Translations under genes and position numbers: made by a program
Shown here: piece after piece, positions 1 to 17,916 of the stretch
How positions within the stretch are numbered: the first letter of the stretch is position 1
Layout of the letters: each line of letters opens with the position of its first letter
Notes under the pieces: model-generated
Databases searched by the model: none
What the model saw: the letters and a program-made list of their open reading frames with translations, nothing else
What the model was told of the DNA's origin: nothing
Assembly: GCF_009914755.1 (NCBI RefSeq)
Contig: NC_060947.1
Strand: one strand, 5' to 3'
DNA: 64,000 bases
From: the human T2T-CHM13v2.0 reference genome, Homo sapiens

Positions 1-57
1 CTTTCAAAGCTTTTCTGGGCTCCATGTGGCCCACAGGCTGCGGTTTAGACAAGCTTG
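1..57 (+). mobile_element. MER30 (hAT-Charlie DNA transposon) 3' end, cut by the window edge
   Basis: Ends ...GGCCCACAGGCTGCGGTTTAGACAAGCTTG, matching the MER30 terminus as I recall it. Confidence 0.75.
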
Positions 58-129
58 CTCTAAAATAAGAGTTATAAATAAATAGAAAGGGAGAAACTAA
101 ATTGGCCTTATTTGCCAATTATATGACAA

Positions 130-1680
<1,551 letters not shown>

Positions 1681-1784
1681 TTTCTCATAGCTTTTCAATA
1701 GTAAATTTGCTGTCAACAGAAAGAAATCGGGGAAAAGGGAAAAATATTAAAGAACAAGCAGAAAAAGAAATGAAAAAAGTAAAA

Positions 1785-2740
<956 letters not shown>

Positions 2741-2759
2741 ATGGATAACTGCAAGGACA

Positions 2760-4539
<1,780 letters not shown>

Positions 4540-5137
4540 TGAACTTTTATTTTAGATTTAGGCGGCACATGTGCAAGCTTGTTACATGTGTATATGGAAT
4601 GATACTGAAGTTGGGGTTACAAATGATCCCATCATCCAGGTACTGATCAGAGTACCCAATAGTTTTTCAACCCTTGCCCCCTCCGTACACCCTCTAGTAG
4701 TCTGCTGTTTGTATTGTGCTCATTATGTCCATGAGTACCCAGTGTTAACTCCCACTGACATGTAAGAATACGCAGTATTTGTTTTTCTGCTACTGTGGCA
4801 TTTTGCTTAGGAAAATGGCTTCTAGCTCCATCCATGTTGCTGCGAATGACATGATCATGTTCCTTTTTATGGCTGCATAGTGTTCCATGGTGTATATGTA
4901 CCATATTTGCATTATCCAATTCACAGTGGATGGGCACCTAGGTTGATTCCATGTCTTTGTTATTGTGAATAGTGCTGTGATGAACATATGAGTTCATGTG
5001 TCTTTTTGGTAGAGCAATTTTTTCCTTTATGGTATATACCCAGTAATGGGATTGCTGAATCAAATGGTAGTTCTCTTTTAAGTTTTTTGAGATATCTCCA
5101 AATTGCTTTCCACAGTGGCTGAACTAATTTACATTGA

Positions 5138-5735
<598 letters not shown>

Positions 5736-6583
5736 TAAAGACTGTCATAAATTATTTCCCAAGGTTGGTGTACAGAGTTATGTTTCCTAGGTTTCCTTCT
5801 AGGGTCCTCATATTTTGAGATCTTACATTTAAATCTTTAATCCATCTTGAGTTGATTTTCATATATGGTGAAAGGTAGTAGTCCAGTTTCATTCTTTCAC
5901 GTATAGCTAGCCAGCCATACCAGCATCATTTATTGATTAGTAAGTCCTTTCCTCATTTCTTGTTTTTGTCAGCTTTGTTGAAGATCAGATGGTTGTAGGT
6001 GTGTGGCTTTATTTCTAGGTTCTCTACTCTGTTCTTTTTTTCTTTGTGTCTGTTTTTGTAGCAGTACCATGCTGTTTTGGATACTGTAGCCTTGTAGTAT
6101 AGTTTGAAGTCAGGTAATGTGATGCCTCTGGCTTTGCGCTTTTCGCTTAGGATTGCTTTGGCTATTCTCTTTTTTGGTTCCATAAACATTTTAAAAGAGT
6201 TTTTTTTTTTTTTATAGTTCTGTGAAAGATGACGTTGACAGTTTGATAGGAATAGTGGTGAAACTATAGATTGCTTTGGGTATTATGGCCATTTTAATAA
6301 TACTGATTTTTCCAATCCATGAGCATGGGATTTTTTTTATTTGTTTGAGTCATGTATGACTTTTTAAATAGTATTTCGTAGTTCTTCTTTTAGAGATATT
6401 TTACCTCCTTGGTTATATGTACTTTTTCTTAGTAACTATTGGGAATGACATTGTATTCTTGATTTGGCTCTCAGCTTGAATGTTCTTGGTATAGAAAAAT
6501 GTTGCTGATTTTTGTACATTGATTTTGCATTCTGAAACTTTACTGAAGTAATTGATCAGTTCGAGGAGGCTTTTGGAAGATTC

Positions 6584-6882
6584 TTTTTTTTTTTTTTTTT
6601 GAGACAGGGTCTTGCTCTGCTGCCCAGGCTGGAGTTCAGTGGCGTGATCTTGGCTCACTGCAACCTCTGCCTCCCAGGTTCAAGCGATTCTCATACCTCA
6701 GCCTCCTGAGTAGCTAGGACTACAGGTGCGTGCCACCACGCCCAGCTAATTTTTGCATTTTTAGTAGAGATGGGGTTTCCCCATGTTGGCCAGGCCAGTC
6801 TCAAACTCCTGACCTCAAGTGATCCACCTGCCTTGGCCTCCCAAAGTGCTGGATTTATGGGTGTGAGCCACCATGCCCAGCC
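6584..6882 (-). mobile_element. AluS (Sz-like)
   Basis: Full dimer. Degenerate TSD GG(A/C)AGA(T/G)TCTTT. Confidence 0.93.
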
Positions 6883-9800
6883 ACGGCAGAGTCTTTATGG
6901 TTTTCTAGGTGTAGAATCATATGGTTCATGAAGAAAGAAAGTCTGACTTCTTCTTTTCCTATTTGAATGTGTTTCCTTTCTTTCTCTTGCCTGATTTCTA
7001 TAGCTAGTACTTTCAATAGCATCTTCAATAGAAGTGGTGAGCATGGGCATCCTGTCTTGTTCAAGTTTTCAAGGGAAATGCAACCAGATTTTGCTCATTC
7101 AATATGAGGTCGGGTGTGGATTTGTCATCAATGGTATTATTTTGAGGTATGCTTCTTCTTTGCCTAAATTCTTGAAGGTTTTTATCATGAAGGAATATTG
7201 AATTTTATTAAAAACTTTTTGGGATTCTATTGAGATTATCATATGGTTTTTGGTTTTAATTCTGCTTATGTGGTGAATCACATTTATTCATTGGTGTATG
7301 TTGAACCATGCTTGCATCCCAGGAATGAAGCATACATGATAATTGTGGTGAATTAACTTTGATGTGTTGTTGGATTCAGTTTGCTAGTATTTTTGTGAGG
7401 ACATTCATGTCTATGATCAACAGGGGTAGTTGCCAGTATTTTTCTTTTTTCATTGTGTCTTCTTCACCAGGTTTTGGTAGCAGGGTGATGCTGACTTCTT
7501 AGAATGAGTTAGGAAGGAGTCTCTCATCCTTGGTTTTTTTTTGAAGTTTCAGTAAAAATGGTGACAGCTCTTCTTTGTATATCTGGTAGAATTCGGCTGT
7601 GAATCCATCTGGTCCTGGACTGTGATTGGTTGGCAGAGTTTTTTTTTAATTACTAATTTAATTTCAGAACTCAATATTGGTCTGTTCATGGTCTCAATTT
7701 CTTGCTAATTCAATCTTGGGGGATTGTGTGTTTCCAGGAATTCAGCCATGTTCTCTAGATTTTCTAGTTTGTGTGTTTAGAGATGTTCATAGCAGTCTCT
7801 GAGGATCTTTTGTTTTTCTGTGGGATCAGTTGCAATGTCACCTTTGTCATTTCTGATTGTGCTAATTTAGATCTTCTCTCTTTTTTCCTTTTTAAATATA
7901 GCTAGTGGTCTATCAATCTTGTTTATTTTTAAAAAGAAGCAGCTTTTGTTCTCCTTGATTCTTTGCATAGATTTCTGGATCTCAATGTCATTCAGTTCCA
8001 CTTTGATTTTAGTTATTTATTTTCCTCTTTAAGCTTTGGGGGTTACTTTGTTCTTGTTTTTTAGTTTATCTGGGTTTTATATTAAATTTTTAATTTGAGA
8101 TATTTTTAACTTTTTGAGGTAGGCATTTAGCTGTATACACTTTTCTGTTGATTCTGCTTTTGTTGCATCCCAGAGGTTGGTATGTTGTGTTTCTGTCTTC
8201 ATTTATTTCAAAGAATTTTCTGATTTCTGCTTTCATTTCATTTCATTTTTTACCCAAAAATCATTCAGGAGCAAGTAGTTTAATTTTTATGTAATTGTGT
8301 GGTTTTGAGATCTATTCTTGGTATTTATTTCTATTTGTATTCCACTGTGGTCTGAGAGCACAGTTGGTATGATATGGGGTTTTCTTTTTATTAATTTATT
8401 GAGACTTGCTCTATTACCACCAAGCCTGTGGTCAGTCTTGGAGTGTGTTCTGTATGCAGGTAAATAGAATGTATATTCTATCATTGATGAATCAAGTATT
8501 CTATAGGTATCTATTATGTCCAATTGGTCAAGTGATGAATTTAAGTTTAGAAATTTGTTAGTTTTCTGCCTCAATAGTTTTACATATGTTGACAGTGGGG
8601 TGTTGAAATCCCTCACTATTATTGTGTGGCTGTCTATTTCTATTCTTAGGACTAGAAGTACTTGTTTAATGACTCTGGGTGCTCCAATGTTGAGTGCATA
8701 TATATTTAGTATAGGTAAGTCTTTTTGTTGAATTCAGTTATTTATCATTATGTAATGCCCTTCTTTGTCCTTTTTTACTGTTGTTGGTTTAAAGTCTGCT
8801 TTATCTGATATAAGAATAACAACCTCTGCTTTTTTTTTTTATTTTCCATTTGCGTAGTTGCTCATTCTCAAACTTTTTATTTTGATCCTATGGGTTTCAT
8901 TATGTGTGAGATTTGTCTCTTGGAGACATCAGATGGATGGGTTTTGTTCTCCTATCCAACTTGCCACACTGCATCTTTTAAGAGAGGAGTTTAGACCATT
9001 AACATTAAAGGTTCATGTTGATATGTGAAGTTCTGATTCTGTCATAAAGTTGTTAGCCCCCCAGTCTCTCCTGCCTTGAAAAGCTTATACTGGGAAATCT
9101 GCTGTTAGCCTAATGGAGTTCCCTTTATATGTGATCTGTCCTTTTTCTGTAGCTGCCTTTAAGATTTTTTTCTTTAGTGTTGACCTTTAACAGTCTAGAG
9201 ACTATACACCTTGGTGATGTTCATTTTGTATAGTGATTCACAGGTGTTCTCTGGATTTCTTGTATCTAAGTATCTACCTGTCTGGCAAAATTAGGGAAAT
9301 TTTCTTGAATTATTCCCTTAAGTATGTTCTCCAGGATGTTTGCTTTTTCTCCTTCTCTCTCAAGAATACCAATAGTGACTAAGGTTGGTGTCTTTATATT
9401 ATGTCATACATCTCAAAGTCTTTGTTCATTTTTAAAAAAATTCTGTTTTCTTTATTTTGTCTGACTAGGTTTTTTTTTTTTTTTCCGAAAAACTGGTCTT
9501 CTAGCTCCAACATTCTTTCTTCTGCTTGATTGACTATATTGAAAAATCTTTTTAAATTGTATTTTGAAATTCCTTAAGTGAGTGTTTTAATTCCAGAAGC
9601 TCTGATTGATTTCTTTTTAGGATGTTTATCTCTTTCTTTATTGTTTGTATTGCTTTAGAAGTTTCTTTGTGTTGATTTTCCACCTTCTCTTGCACCTTGT
9701 TGAGCTTCCTTGCAGTCCTTGTTTTGATTTATTTATCTGTCAGTCATTTCTGAGCTATCTGTTGTTTTCATTTTAGTTAGGGACTATTGCTGGAGAGCTG

Positions 9801-10436
9801 GTGGTATTCTTCGTTGGTGTCACTACATTTAAATGTCTCATACTGCCAGAAGTTTTGTGCTGGGTCTTCCTCATCTGAAGATGCTGGCTTTTCTTATTTT
9901 CTAAATTTTGTAATTATTTTATGTTGGTGAAGTTTTTTCTTTTGTTTTCTTTCTCTGTAACATTATTGTGTTTTTTTCTTACCATTTTCCTCCATCCCTA
10001 GTCCAATCCCTAGGGAGTGCAACTATAAAAGAATGCCGGGGAGGGTGTTTTGGCTTTGCTTCTATAGTCCTATGCACTTCTTTCAGCAGATTTTATATTG
10101 GCTGTATAGTTCAGCCTACAAGTCAGTAGATGGTGCTTATGGTAAGAGTCAATGCTACTGAATGTACAGGTGATTTTTGTTTACTTGAGGAAGCCCTCTG
10201 TTGCCTCAGGCAATGGGCTGACTCTTGGAATGCACAGTCTCTGAGCTCCCTGCTTAGCCCCAGGGGGTGGGAGTCCTGATGAATGGGCTGGATGGGGCAG
10301 CTAGCCTACAGGTCCCCCAGTGGCCGGCCTAAGCACCTGCACTGAAGGAGAATTTAGTGGATGGCAAACAAGCAGCCAAAGTTGTGCCTAGTCATGGAGC
10401 TGGAAAACCTCCTCATCTTTAAGTTCTCTGCATGGG

Positions 10437-10956
10437 TGTGGCAGCGGTCCCCTGGTAGGGGCACCAGCTGTGGGGAGTCTGTCACTTGCAGACCTCTTAC
10501 CTAGTGACGGATGAATAAAGTACACTGACACACAGATATTCTGCTCTGCCAGTCCAGCTGAGGGTCCAAGCCGCTTACAGGCTCCCTGCTGAGTCCTGTA
10601 AACAGTTGCCACTGGGCCCAGATCAGCATGTATTCAGTAAGATTAATTAACAAAAGCTTGTGTCAACACCATTAAAGGGTAAATGACATTGTGGACTTCC
10701 CAAGTAAAAAGCACTTAAGCACCTGCAGTACATCAAAGATTAGTTTTAAGATTATATGAGTAAACAAGCTAGCTAGGTAAATGACTCTGTCTCTCTTTAT
10801 TACTATTTTCATTTGTTTAAAGGTAGAGGGATCAGGCCGCCTTCAGCCAGATCTATTACCGAAGTTATGCAAACTTCTCGGCCTTTCTAGAAGATTTGTG
10901 TCTATTTCTATAACTATCTCTCATATTTTTCCCACCAGCCTGATTGAATCCCAATA
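10437..10956 (-). mobile_element. Solo LTR of the LTR22 family (HERV-K HML-5)
   Basis: Minus strand starts TATTGGGATTCAATCAGGCTGGTGGGAAAAATA, LTR22-like. 6-bp TSD CATGGG at 10431-10436 and 10957-10962. Homologous to 37482-37982. Confidence 0.8.
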
Positions 10957-11316
10957 CATGGGCATTGGATTCAGCCTAAACTCCTAATCCAGGAGAGTGG
11001 GTGCTTCAAATGCCTGGAGGTCTGCCTGGATGTAGAGTGGAGATAGCCCCTCTGCCCCAAGATCTTTGCACAGACCAAAATGCAAGCATGGCCATGCTGC
11101 CAGGTTTTCAAATAATGACTAACTTTGTATTTGCCAAGATTAAAAATGGAATCCTGCTGTCAGTCCCTGGTATGAAAAAATGTCTGCAGCCCTTTCCAGT
11201 ATTTTTCCCTCACAGCATCTCCAAGTCTCTTCTCAAGTTAGCTTCAGGGCTTGGGAGAAACAATGCGCCCTCCCTTAGCCTGTGTTGCTGTGATCTCCGT
11301 AGAAAAGTGAGTCATA

Positions 11317-11723
11317 AACACACTGGATTAAGAAGATGTGGCACATATACACCATGGAATACTATGCAGCCATGAAAAATGATAAGTTCATGTCCTTTGT
11401 GGGGACATGGATGAAACTGGAAACCATCATTCTCAGCAAACTTTCACAGGGACAAAAAACCAAACACCGCATGTTCTCACTCATAGGTGGGAATTGAACA
11501 GTGAGAACACGTGAACACAGGAAGGGGAACATCACACACCGGGGACTGTTGTGGGGTGGGGGTAGAGGGGAAGGATAGCATTAGGAGATATGCCTAATGC
11601 TAAATGATGAGTTAATGGGTGCAGCACACCAATATGGCACATGTATACATATGTAACGAACCTGCACATTGTGCACATGTACCCTAAAACTTAAAGTATA
11701 ATAATAATAAAATTAAAAAAAAA
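11317..11723 (+). mobile_element. 5'-truncated young L1 3' end (L1PA3/4-like)
   Basis: Typical L1PA 3' UTR and A-tail. Perfect 16-bp TSD AGAAAAGTGAGTCATA at 11301-11316 and 11724-11739. Confidence 0.95.
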
Positions 11724-12524
11724 AGAAAAGTGAGTCATAGAGGGAGGCTTTCCATCTCTTTCAGGCACTCGTGTTTCACTCACTTTTATCAGTCAGATGC
11801 TGTCACAAGGGCTGTTTGCTGGCATTCTTCTCCCCAGGAACTGGATTATCCATCACAATTCTGGTGGATTCCTATTTTCTTCTTGAATTAAAACTCACAG
11901 AATTGATTTTAATGCTTTATCTTGCTATTTACAAGTGGCTGAGGCATGCTAATAGTCTCTAATCTGCCATCTTGGAATTAAAAAAACATTAAATTTTAAT
12001 CTCAAATTTAATCTGGTCTTAAAGTTTTATCTCTAAATTTTTGTTGGCATTTTCAGATCACTGACACTTTTGGGGCAGACCTGTCATGATCTGAAAAAAT
12101 TTAACCAGGTGTTTAGTTTATAGACAACACATAAGTGGATATTTAACAAATCTTTGTTATTTGACCCAAGCTGATAGTCCTTTCTTTTAATCCTTAAAAC
12201 ATATCTTTTCTCCACCTGCATTTATTGTTATACTAGTTATGCTTACTGTATCTTCTGTCTTTTACTATATCATCTGTGACAGCTTCATATAACCTTTGTA
12301 GCTATTCTAATGGTTACTATTCATACATTGTATTTAAAAATACTATACATATATATATATATATATATATGTTTATGACAGAAGAAGTATCTATTTATCT
12401 CCAATCTCATTCCATGAAAGACACACTTGTTCCACACATTCTTCTTACCTCCTCTGCTACATTTGAGGTTGATCTTGGAGTTTTATTATTTAGAGTTAAG
12501 TTATCATTATTTTCTACTCAGTCA

Positions 12525-13205
12525 TCCTACAAATGTTTGAATGTCATACTATATGCCAAGAACTGTTATAGGCACTTGGGTTACATCTATATCAAATTGG
12601 ACAAAGCTCCCTGTCTTTGGAGGTTTACATTCTAGTGAAGGTAGATAGGAAATAGTAGTCATAATAACTAATATCTATGGCATGTTAGAAGGTTATAAAG
12701 TGCTATGGGAAAAGGAATAAATAAGAGCAGAGTAAGAGGGTTTGGGAATGTATAGGGCCTTGTTGAGGGCATTAATGCATTGTTAAATAGGGTGGTCAGA
12801 GTAATCATGGAAAAAGTGGCATTTGAACAAATATTTGAAGGATGTGACAGAAGTAGTCATGCAGAAATCTGGGGCAGAAGCAATCCAGGTGGTTGAACAG
12901 TGTGTGCAAATAACTTAAAGGCAAGAGAGTGCATGGCAGGACATAGAACCAGTAACAAGGCAAGTGGGGCTAGTGCAGAGTGAACAAGAAAATCATAGTA
13001 GAAGATGAAATTTAAAAGGTCACGGGGAAGTTTTGTAAGCTATTGCATAAAACCTTATTTTTAACTCAAAGTGAGATACGGAGGCAGAAAGAAAGCAGGT
13101 TTCAGCAGATTGGAAAGATAACTTGACTCACGTTTTAAGAATCACTCTAACTGCTTTGTTGAGAATAGACTGTAAGGGGGAAAGGATGGAAGTAAGGAAA
13201 CCAGT
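12525..13205 (-). mobile_element. L2 fragment
   Basis: L2 3' motifs ACTATATGCCAAG, GTTTACATTCTAGTG and ATCACTCTAACTGCT...GAGAATAGACTGT. Confidence 0.65.
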
Positions 13206-13726
13206 ATTTACTTCATTAATTCGTTGTTTTTACAAGTTGATAACACTTACTTACATTTAAATAAAAATAAGTCAAATTTTAGGATTAGTTCTGTTTAAAT
13301 AGATTGAGTGCTCCTTACCAATCTTCCCATATCGTTACATTTTTATGCAAGCATTGTTTCTTAGTAATTTATCAGGTTGCTGAATTACATCTCTGGTTAA
13401 TGTTTTTCATTAATGGCACAGTGATAATATATTTCTTGAGTCCTTGCATATCTTCACACATAAGTCTTTGCACATGAGCCCAATGACCAGTTGGTTATAG
13501 CACTCATTAGTTACTAACTTTACAGATTCAAAACAACTTAGACTGTATTCCACTACCTTTTAGCATATAATGTTGCTCAGGAAAATCTAAAGTCAGCCTA
13601 TTTTCTTTCCTTAGGTAAACATAATTTGACTGTTTCAATATTTGTATAATTATTTCTTTAAACTTGTACTTTAGTAATATCACACAGGTGAATTCTTGGT
13701 CAACCTGTATTAAGTTTACTTGGAAT

Positions 13727-13727
13727 A

Positions 13728-13761
<34 letters not shown>

Positions 13762-13771
13762 ATGTGTGTGT
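13727..13771. repeat. Compound microsatellite (TC)n(TG)n
   Basis: Directly visible. Confidence 0.95.
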
Positions 13772-13774
13772 ATA

Positions 13775-15625
13775 CATGAAGAATTTTAAGGACATATTGC
13801 CAAGTGAAAGAAACTAGTCTGAAAAGGCTATGGATCATATGGCAACATTCATATGACATTCCATAAGTGGTAAAACTACAGAGAGAGTAAAAAAGATCAA
13901 TGGTTACCAGGAGTTTTGGAAGGGAGAAAAGGCTGGACAGATGAAGAACAGAATTTTTTGGGGTGAAGATATTATTGTGTATGATACTGTAATATTGAAT
14001 ACATAACACTATGCATTTGTCAAAATTCATAGAACTTTATATAATGAAGAGTAAATCTTCATGTATGCAAATTAGAAAAATTATTTGGGAGGCCGGGGGA
14101 GCCTGAGATGGAATGCAGACTGTGTTGAATTAATTTACTTCTATTAGAAATATTTAAATTAACCTAACTGAAGTGGGAGAAAAGGCATTGATCTAAGTAA
14201 TTTTGGCAAGGTGTAGAGATTGTAAGATTAAAGGCAAAAGAAACTATACATAATCACTCTGTTCTGTTTGGTAAAGTTGTGTCCCATAGTAATACAGGTT
14301 AACAATTCTGAAATGAATATACATGCATATTGGAATTTAGCAATTAAGTAAATAGATGGCAAGTTATATATTAGGAGCTAGGTTTCTCAGTATTGAAGTG
14401 GGAGGTTACAGACAAACAAGAAGAGAAAGCTAGAATAATCTATGTAATATTGGATTAGAGTTGGAGACATCATTACTTAGAGTCAGCTTAATCTAGATAC
14501 AGATTGATACAGAAGAATTTTTTAATAAATGTGTGTATACATGGGTTAGTATACATATGCATATGCTTTTTGCTCTGTGAGCTGAGAGGGCCTAGAAGCA
14601 ATGACACCCAAGTAGCAATGAAGAAACCCAGTGCCCAGAATGTGATTTCTACTAGGATTCTCCAATAAAACAAACCAAGGCTCCTGGGAGAAATGGCTGA
14701 ATCCATGTCTGAGGCAAGAAATATACAGACTGATCCTCAAGCATCTTGTAGTGTCACAAAGTAAGACAGTACTTAAAAATAAAACAAAAAATGAGAGAAT
14801 ATTTCAAAGGGACACAGTAGTCAATTGAAAGAGCTCTCAAAAGTCAAAGCTGAAATAATTTGAGCAAAAAAAATGTAACATAATATTGGATTATAACAGA
14901 GGAAAATAGGCATCCAGAGTCCATACTGATATGAATGAATGAATGAATGAATGAGGGCAGAATACAGAATTCTCTCATGCAGAAGAATTCTAAATAATTT
15001 ATGTTAATACTCCCCTCTCAAGAAGATGGAGCGAAACTCCCCACTGTGTGTTTACTGCATATAGTGACTTCCTTTCCAAGAGTATAACATGGAAAGAAGG
15101 GGAGAAAGAGTAACTTTACAGTGGAGAAAGCTGAGAAACACTACCTCAGCCAGGCGATCAATGTCAACTCAACAGTGACAGGTTATGTTGTTACGGTGTG
15201 ATGAGAATGGCAGTTTATTTTTGTGGTGTTCCTCATCAGAAGAACCTCCCTTGAAGGTCATTCTGAGAAATGCCTCAACAGAATTAGTCCAAACTGTGTA
15301 GGTCATCAAAATCAAGGGAAGTCTGAAAAACTGGCATAGCCGAGGTGGAGCCAAAGAAACAAGGTGAGTAAATGTAATGTGTTTTCCTGAATGGGATCTT
15401 GGAACAGGACAATGACAGTAGGCAAAAGCAAGAAAATCTGAATAAAATATGTACTTTGACTAATCATACTGTATTAATACTGGTTCTTGAATTTTAGCAT
15501 TACTATGGTAATTTTAAACATTAACAATAGGGAAAACTGTATTGAGCGTATGAGAACTTGCTGTGCTATTCATTGCAACTTTTCTACAAATCTAAAACTA
15601 CGCTAAAATAATTAATTAAAATAAA
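13775..15625 (+). mobile_element. L1MC/L1MD long 3' UTR
   Basis: GTGAAAGAAACTAGTCTGAAAAGGCTA and GAGAGGGCCTAGAAGCAATGACACCC. Ends TTGCAACTTTCTACAAATCTAAAAC followed by an A-rich tail. Confidence 0.8.
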
Positions 15626-17237
15626 ACCCTGCACCAATGGCCATCTGTACAGTATGGAAGGCCTGTCCTGTTTTCTTGTTATTCAATGTGTCTTTCTCAT
15701 GTGACAGAGCTAATCACATTTATGTGACGTTGGGATAAAACATTGTCCCTCAGCTTGTGGCTTTCGGTTTGTAGATGCATTTTTATTTACGTTTAAGAAA
15801 TTTATCTTTGGTTATCAGCTGCAAAAAAGACTCTCAAATGTCACTTTTCATTTTTCTACCATCTACTCTCTCCCTTAAAACTCAGAGTTAGGGATTTAAT
15901 GTTAAAAATTAAAATGGCTCTCTGAGACTATGTAGTTACTTTTTAAGTTCTGCTGTTACTGCCAATCTATAATTGTCAAATAGGTTTCAAAATATTGTGG
16001 TTTCCACACACCTATGTCCCCAACCACCAATGCCTCAAAATTCTTATCCCTTGTAGTGTCAAGCAATGTACTAGACTTTTGAGCAGTAATATTTTTTTCT
16101 TTCAATATGACCAAATATGGATTTTACCTGACAGTGCTCTTTGAGGTAACTTCCTGGCTTTACTGTAGATGTTTTCTTACATAGCATACCTCATTTTACT
16201 GTACTTCACTTTATTTCACATCACAAATAGTACTTTTTACAAACTGAAGGTTTGTGGCAACCTTGCATTGAGCAAGTCTATAGGTGCCTTTTTCCAACAG
16301 CCTGTGTTCACTTTGTGTCTCCGTGTTACATTTATTTTCACAGTAAGATAAACTTTTTCATTACTATTATATCTGTTATTGTGATCTGTGATCAGTGATC
16401 TTCGATCTTACTATTGTAATTGTTTCGAGATACCCTGAAACATGCCCATATACGATGAACTCAATAGATGAATGTTGTGTGTGTTCTGACTACTCCACCA
16501 GCCAACCAATTCCTGTCTCTCTCCCTCTTCTTGTGCATTCCTATTCCCTGAGACAAAAAACTACTGCAACTAGGCCAATTAATAATGCTAAAATGGACTC
16601 TAAGTGTTCAAGTGAAAAGACCATACATTTCTCATTTTAAATCAAATGCTAGAAATGGTTAAGCTTAGTGAGGAAGGCACTTTGAGAGCCAAAACAGATT
16701 AAAAGCTAGGACTTTTGTGCCAAACAGCCAAGTTGTGAATGCAAAGGAAAAGTTCTTGATGAAAATTAGAAGTGCTACTCCTGTGAGCACGTGAATGATA
16801 AGAAAGTTAAACAGCCTTATTGCTTATATGGAAAGAAGTTTTAGTGGTCTGGATAAAAGGTCAAACTAACCACAACATTCCCTTAAGCCAAAGCCTAATT
16901 TAGAGCAAAATCTTAACTCTCTTCAATTCTATGAAGGTTAAGAGAGGTGGGGGAGGTGCAGAAAAAATATTGGAGGCTAGTGGAGGTTTGTTCAAGAGGT
17001 TGAAGGAAAGAAGCCATCTACATAGTATAAAAGTGCAAGGTGAAGCTGCAAATATCGATGTAGAACCTGCAAGCAATTATCCATAAGATATAGCTGAGAT
17101 AATTGATGAAGATGGCTACACTAACCAACAGATGTTCAATGTAGACAAAACAGCTTTCTATTGGGTGAATGTACCATCTAAGACTTTCATAGCTAGAAAT
17201 ATGTCAATTCCTGGCTTCAAAGCTTTAAAACAGTCTG

Positions 17238-17916
<679 letters not shown>

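Noticed and set aside
11001-11375. 124-aa ORF next to the LTR22
   Set aside because: A chance GTG-start frame spanning antisense L1 5' UTR and the inserted L1 stub, with no recognisable domain.
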